64,000 nucleotides of DNA from Gemmatales bacterium. GTDB lineage: Bacteria; Planctomycetota; Planctomycetia; Gemmatales; HRBIN36. The notes beneath the pieces were generated by a model that saw nothing but the letters and a program-made list of their open reading frames with translations, ran no database searches and had not been told where the DNA came from. Of this stretch, positions 61,124-64,000 are shown piece after piece. Both the position numbers and the translations under genes were made by a program. The stretch covers positions 178,346-242,345 of the forward strand of contig JBEPZY010000007.1 of NCBI GenBank assembly GCA_041640595.1. The letters are read 5' to 3'. Within the stretch, counting starts at the first letter, position 1; the number at the start of each line of letters is the position of its first letter.

Positions 61124-62257
61124 ATGACACAATCGGAATCGCTGGTCAATCGCCGTGCTTTCCTGCAAGCCGCTGTGGTTACCTTAATCGGTCTGTTCCC
61201 CACAGAAAATCGGGCCGAACCTTCAGACGGTAAACGTCGGCGATTCCTGTACGTGGCCTGTCCGGGAATTCGCAACTACCTGGAGTTCGGCGGGGCTGGC
61301 ATACTTGTTTTCGACATAGATGCCGGCTACCGGTTCGTTCGCCGCATTGCCACTCCGGCCAGTCGGGAACCGAAACCGGAAAACATCAAAGGCATCTGTG
61401 CCAGCGCGGTGACCGGCCGACTCTATTTCACCACGCTTACCAAACTCTATTGCCTCGACCTGCGTAGCGACGAAACGCTCTGGAGCAAAGCCTTGCCCGG
61501 AGGTTGCGACCGTCTGGCCATCCGTCCCGATGGTAAGGAGCTTTACGTTCCCAGTCTGGAGAAGGATCACTGGAATATCGTGAATGCGGAGAACGGCGAA
61601 CTGATTAGCCAGGTGGAAACGCGCAACGGTGCCCATAACACGATCTGCAGCCTCGACGGTCGCCGCGTTTATTTAGCCGGTCTGCGTGCCCCCTGGCTGT
61701 ACGTGCTGGACACGGCCAGCCGAAAACTGCTGGAGCCTGTCGGACCCTTCAGTTCGGCCATTCGACCGTTCACCATCAACGGTCGGCAAACACGCTGCTA
61801 CTGCTGTGTCAACGGCCTGCTCGGTTTTGAGGTTGGCGATCTCGTAAGTGGCAAAAAACTCCACCGCATCAGTGTCGAAGGTTACCAGCCGGGGCCGGTC
61901 AAACGGCATGGCTGTCCCAGTCATGGTGTCGGTTTAACTCCGGATGAGCGCGAGGTCTGGGTTTGCGATGCCGCCAACCACGCCATGCACATTTTCGACA
62001 ACACGGGCGAGAAACCCGTTCAAGTGGCGTCGGTAAAGCTGCGAGAACAACCGGGCTGGATCACTTTCAGCCTGGACGGATGCCACGCCTGGCCATCCAC
62101 CGGCGAGATTATTGACGTGAAGACTCGCAAGATCATCGCAGCCTTGCGGGACGAGCAGGGCCGTGAGGTGCATAGCGAAAAAATGGTGGAAATCCATTTC
62201 GAACAGGGCAAACCTGTTCAGGTCGGCGACCAGTTCGGTCTCGGCCGCGTTCGCTAA
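61124..62257 (+). CDS. Tat-exported YncE/YVTN-like beta-propeller protein
   Basis: VNRRAFL twin-arginine signal; repeated blades (PDGKELYV, LDGRRVYL, PDEREVWV). Confidence 0.85.
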   Translation: MTQSESLVNRRAFLQAAVVTLIGLFPTENRAEPSDGKRRRFLYVACPGIRNYLEFGGAGILVFDIDAGYRFVRRIATPASREPKPENIKGICASAVTGRLYFTTLTKLYCLDLRSDETLWSKALPGGCDRLAIRPDGKELYVPSLEKDHWNIVNAENGELISQVETRNGAHNTICSLDGRRVYLAGLRAPWLYVLDTASRKLLEPVGPFSSAIRPFTINGRQTRCYCCVNGLLGFEVGDLVSGKKLHRISVEGYQPGPVKRHGCPSHGVGLTPDEREVWVCDAANHAMHIFDNTGEKPVQVASVKLREQPGWITFSLDGCHAWPSTGEIIDVKTRKIIAALRDEQGREVHSEKMVEIHFEQGKPVQVGDQFGLGRVR

Positions 62258-62557
62258 TCACCAGGGCTTGGCGAGAATCGTCCGGCCAGCATGTCCAGCG
62301 TTCGGCTCCGCCAGCGCTGGTGTGCCGTTGTTGCCGGAACAAAGCGCCAGTCCGCTCACCGATGGCTCGCTACGTTGATTATCGGTTCGAGCATCGGGCG
62401 ATATGCTTGCCGCGCCACGGTACATCGTGTTTACGCTGTGCTGTTTCGACGCTGCGAAATCGAGCCGCTCGCTGCTGATAACGATCCCCGTTGCGGTCGC
62501 GCTTGTCTGTTTCCACGCTATGCCGGATTGCTCATTCGGCTCCCGATTGTGGGCCAT

Positions 62558-62713
62558 CTGTCCCCGTTAGTCGGAAGCAAGGATAGCTGAAGCTGCTGTC
62601 CCCATTTGCGTGGCCAATGCATGCTGTCCCCGTTAGTCGGAGGCAGAGCCAACCGTTCTCGTCGCCCGATTCACCTCGGCAGTACGGTGCCGCAAAAAAT
62701 TTTGTCCCCTTTT
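62558..62713. repeat. cluster of short (C/T)TGTCCCC repeats
   Basis: CTGTCCCCGTTAGTCGGA(A/G)GCA at 62558 and 62624, CTGTCCCCATTTG at 62596, TTGTCCCCTTTT at 62702. Confidence 0.6.
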
Positions 62714-62842
62714 GCGGGGAAGTTTCGCTTAAGCAGGTAGAGGCGGACGTGAGCCGGCCAGCGTTCGCAACGGTGCAAGCGAATCAACAACCCAACCGCC
62801 AAACCAATTCACAACCCAACCACCAACAAAGGAGGACGAACC

Positions 62843-63400
62843 ATGCTGCGGAAATTTGCCTGCCTGCTGACTGTCGCTATCGCTCTGAGCTGTGTCGCCC
62901 GCGCCCAGGCACAGCTTCCCAACAGTGCCGCCAACCGCGAAGCCACGCTCAACTACCTCAAGCAATTGGACACTATCGCACAGCGACTCGTGCGCGAGGC
63001 CGACAAAGCGAAAGCAGCCGACGACCCGGCTAAACTCGCAGAAGTGGCTCGCCAAGCGGCTACTAGTATTCTTCAGCTTCCGACTCGAGGGGTAGACCGG
63101 GAAGTGGTCGAATGTGCATGGAAGACAGCTATTCTCCTCAACCGCTTAGCACGCTTAGCGGACATGGCTGCTGAGTTAGCTCCCGGAAGGTCATTCGTGG
63201 AGGGACTGATAGGAGGCCTTCTGGACGGGCTTCTGGGACAACCTCTATTTGTCCCGATGTTGTTTGGCCGAAAACTGGAGATGTGGAACCAATTGCAGCA
63301 GGAACTTCCACGATGGCAGCGTGATGCCGAACAACTCGCCCAGCGCTGGGTCGAAGTCCGGACTAGGGTACAACGGCGCTATAACATCGGCCTAGATTAG
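62843..63400 (+). CDS. exported helical hypothetical protein
   Basis: AAAGGAGG RBS; signal peptide ending ARAQA; GLIGGLLDGLLG segment. Confidence 0.8.
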   Translation: MLRKFACLLTVAIALSCVARAQAQLPNSAANREATLNYLKQLDTIAQRLVREADKAKAADDPAKLAEVARQAATSILQLPTRGVDREVVECAWKTAILLNRLARLADMAAELAPGRSFVEGLIGGLLDGLLGQPLFVPMLFGRKLEMWNQLQQELPRWQRDAEQLAQRWVEVRTRVQRRYNIGLD

Positions 63401-63455
63401 TGCACTGGGCCAGCTCGCGTATGGCGAAAGTCGCTGAGTAGCAGGTCGCCCGCGC

Positions 63456-63487
63456 GGGAGGTCGCTCCGAAACGGGGCGGCCTTCCC
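63456..63487. terminator. GC-rich hairpin between convergent genes, probable terminator
   Basis: GGGAGGTCGCTCCG-AAA-CGGGGCGGCCTTCCC followed by TAGTTTCTGTT. Confidence 0.45.
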
Positions 63488-63532
63488 TAGTTTCTGTTGG
63501 TCTAGCTGTATTTTTTAGTGTGCTCTCGCTGG

Positions 63533-64000
63533 CTATTTCCCGCCAAGACCGCGATACAGCCCCTCTACGAACTTCAGAAGTCTTTGCGGTTCGGCCAAAT
63601 TGGGATGCTTATCCACGACCTCACGTAAAATTTTTCTCGCACGTGCTACATATTGCAGGGCTTCCTCGCTTTTTCCTTGAGTAGCGTAGAGGAGGCCCAA
63701 CGCCGCTAGCGTCCGGCCTAGGTCAACCTTGTACTCCACCACCTGGGGATGCTGGGCCGCCAGACGCTCATACAGTTGCAAGGCTTGGCGAAAGGCTTTT
63801 TCCGCGTCGGCCACTCGACCGGTGGCTCGCAGCAACAGGCCCAGGTTGTTGTGCGTCCCGGCCAAGTCCTGGCGGTATTTGGTCACCTGGGGATGCTCGG
63901 CCACCAGTTGCTCATAAAGTTGCAAGGCTTGGCGAACGGCTTTTTCCGCCTCGTCCGCTCGACCGGTGGCTTGCAGCAACACGCCCAGGTTGTTGTGCGT
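63533..64000 (-). CDS. TPR-repeat protein, C-terminal part (5' end outside window)
   Basis: 48-aa repeats 'LL.ATGR..AEKA.RQALQLYE.L...HPQV..Y..DL'. Confidence 0.85.
   Translation of the reverse strand, partial: THNNLGVLLQATGRADEAEKAVRQALQLYEQLVAEHPQVTKYRQDLAGTHNNLGLLLRATGRVADAEKAFRQALQLYERLAAQHPQVVEYKVDLGRTLAALGLLYATQGKSEEALQYVARARKILREVVDKHPNLAEPQRLLKFVEGLYRGLGGK

Noticed and set aside
63409..63490. Resemblance to group II intron domains V/VI (AGC...GAAA hairpin, then a hairpin ending CCTTCCCTAG)
   Set aside because: The DV lower stem and bulge do not fit, there is no bulged A, and no RT gene or 5' GTGCG end was found; a terminator is simpler
1..64000. tRNA, rRNA, integrase, transposase or cas genes
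   Set aside because: None recognised by eye or in the ORF track; a tRNAscan/Infernal/HMM run would be needed to exclude them formally

Overview
A 64-kb bacterial chromosomal window, most likely from a planctomycete (Gemmatales-like). This is inferred from a DUF4058-type gene, two proteins with the planctomycete 'L.vE.LE.R.lla' (LEPR-XLL) export motif and an ELWxxDGT protein. The left part (1-17.6 kb) holds EVE, a LolD/FtsX-type ABC pair, an MFS transporter, ybhB-nrfH-nrfA (NrfA has CXXCH instead of CXXCK at haem 1), a membrane pseudo-caspase, a sugar epimerase, rex and an M24-fold protein. The centre (17.6-50.0 kb) is a roughly 32-kb, 25-gene, AT-richer, minus-strand surface-glycan locus. It is headed by a sigma54-type promoter and a NusG/UpxY paralogue and combines Wzc, Wzm/Wzt, an O-antigen-ligase-like protein, amino-sugar enzymes and exosortase-A-type accessory genes. 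A 1752-aa exported DUF6605/Ig/LamG-like protein lies inside it, but no exosortase was found. The right part holds the ELWxxDGT gene, an operon of ExeA-like ATPase, pseudo-BY-kinase, divergent murB and an ftsQ-like gene, then folD, methyltransferases, a Tat beta-propeller and a TPR gene. The most striking non-coding signal is a perfect 37-bp repeat / 37-bp spacer / 37-bp repeat unit (57946-58056). The repeat ends in the CRISPR handle ATTGAAAC, and one copy is the 3' end of a protein-coding gene, so it is a candidate natural off-target 'neo-CRISPR' array. All family assignments come from motif recognition by eye; no database search was run.
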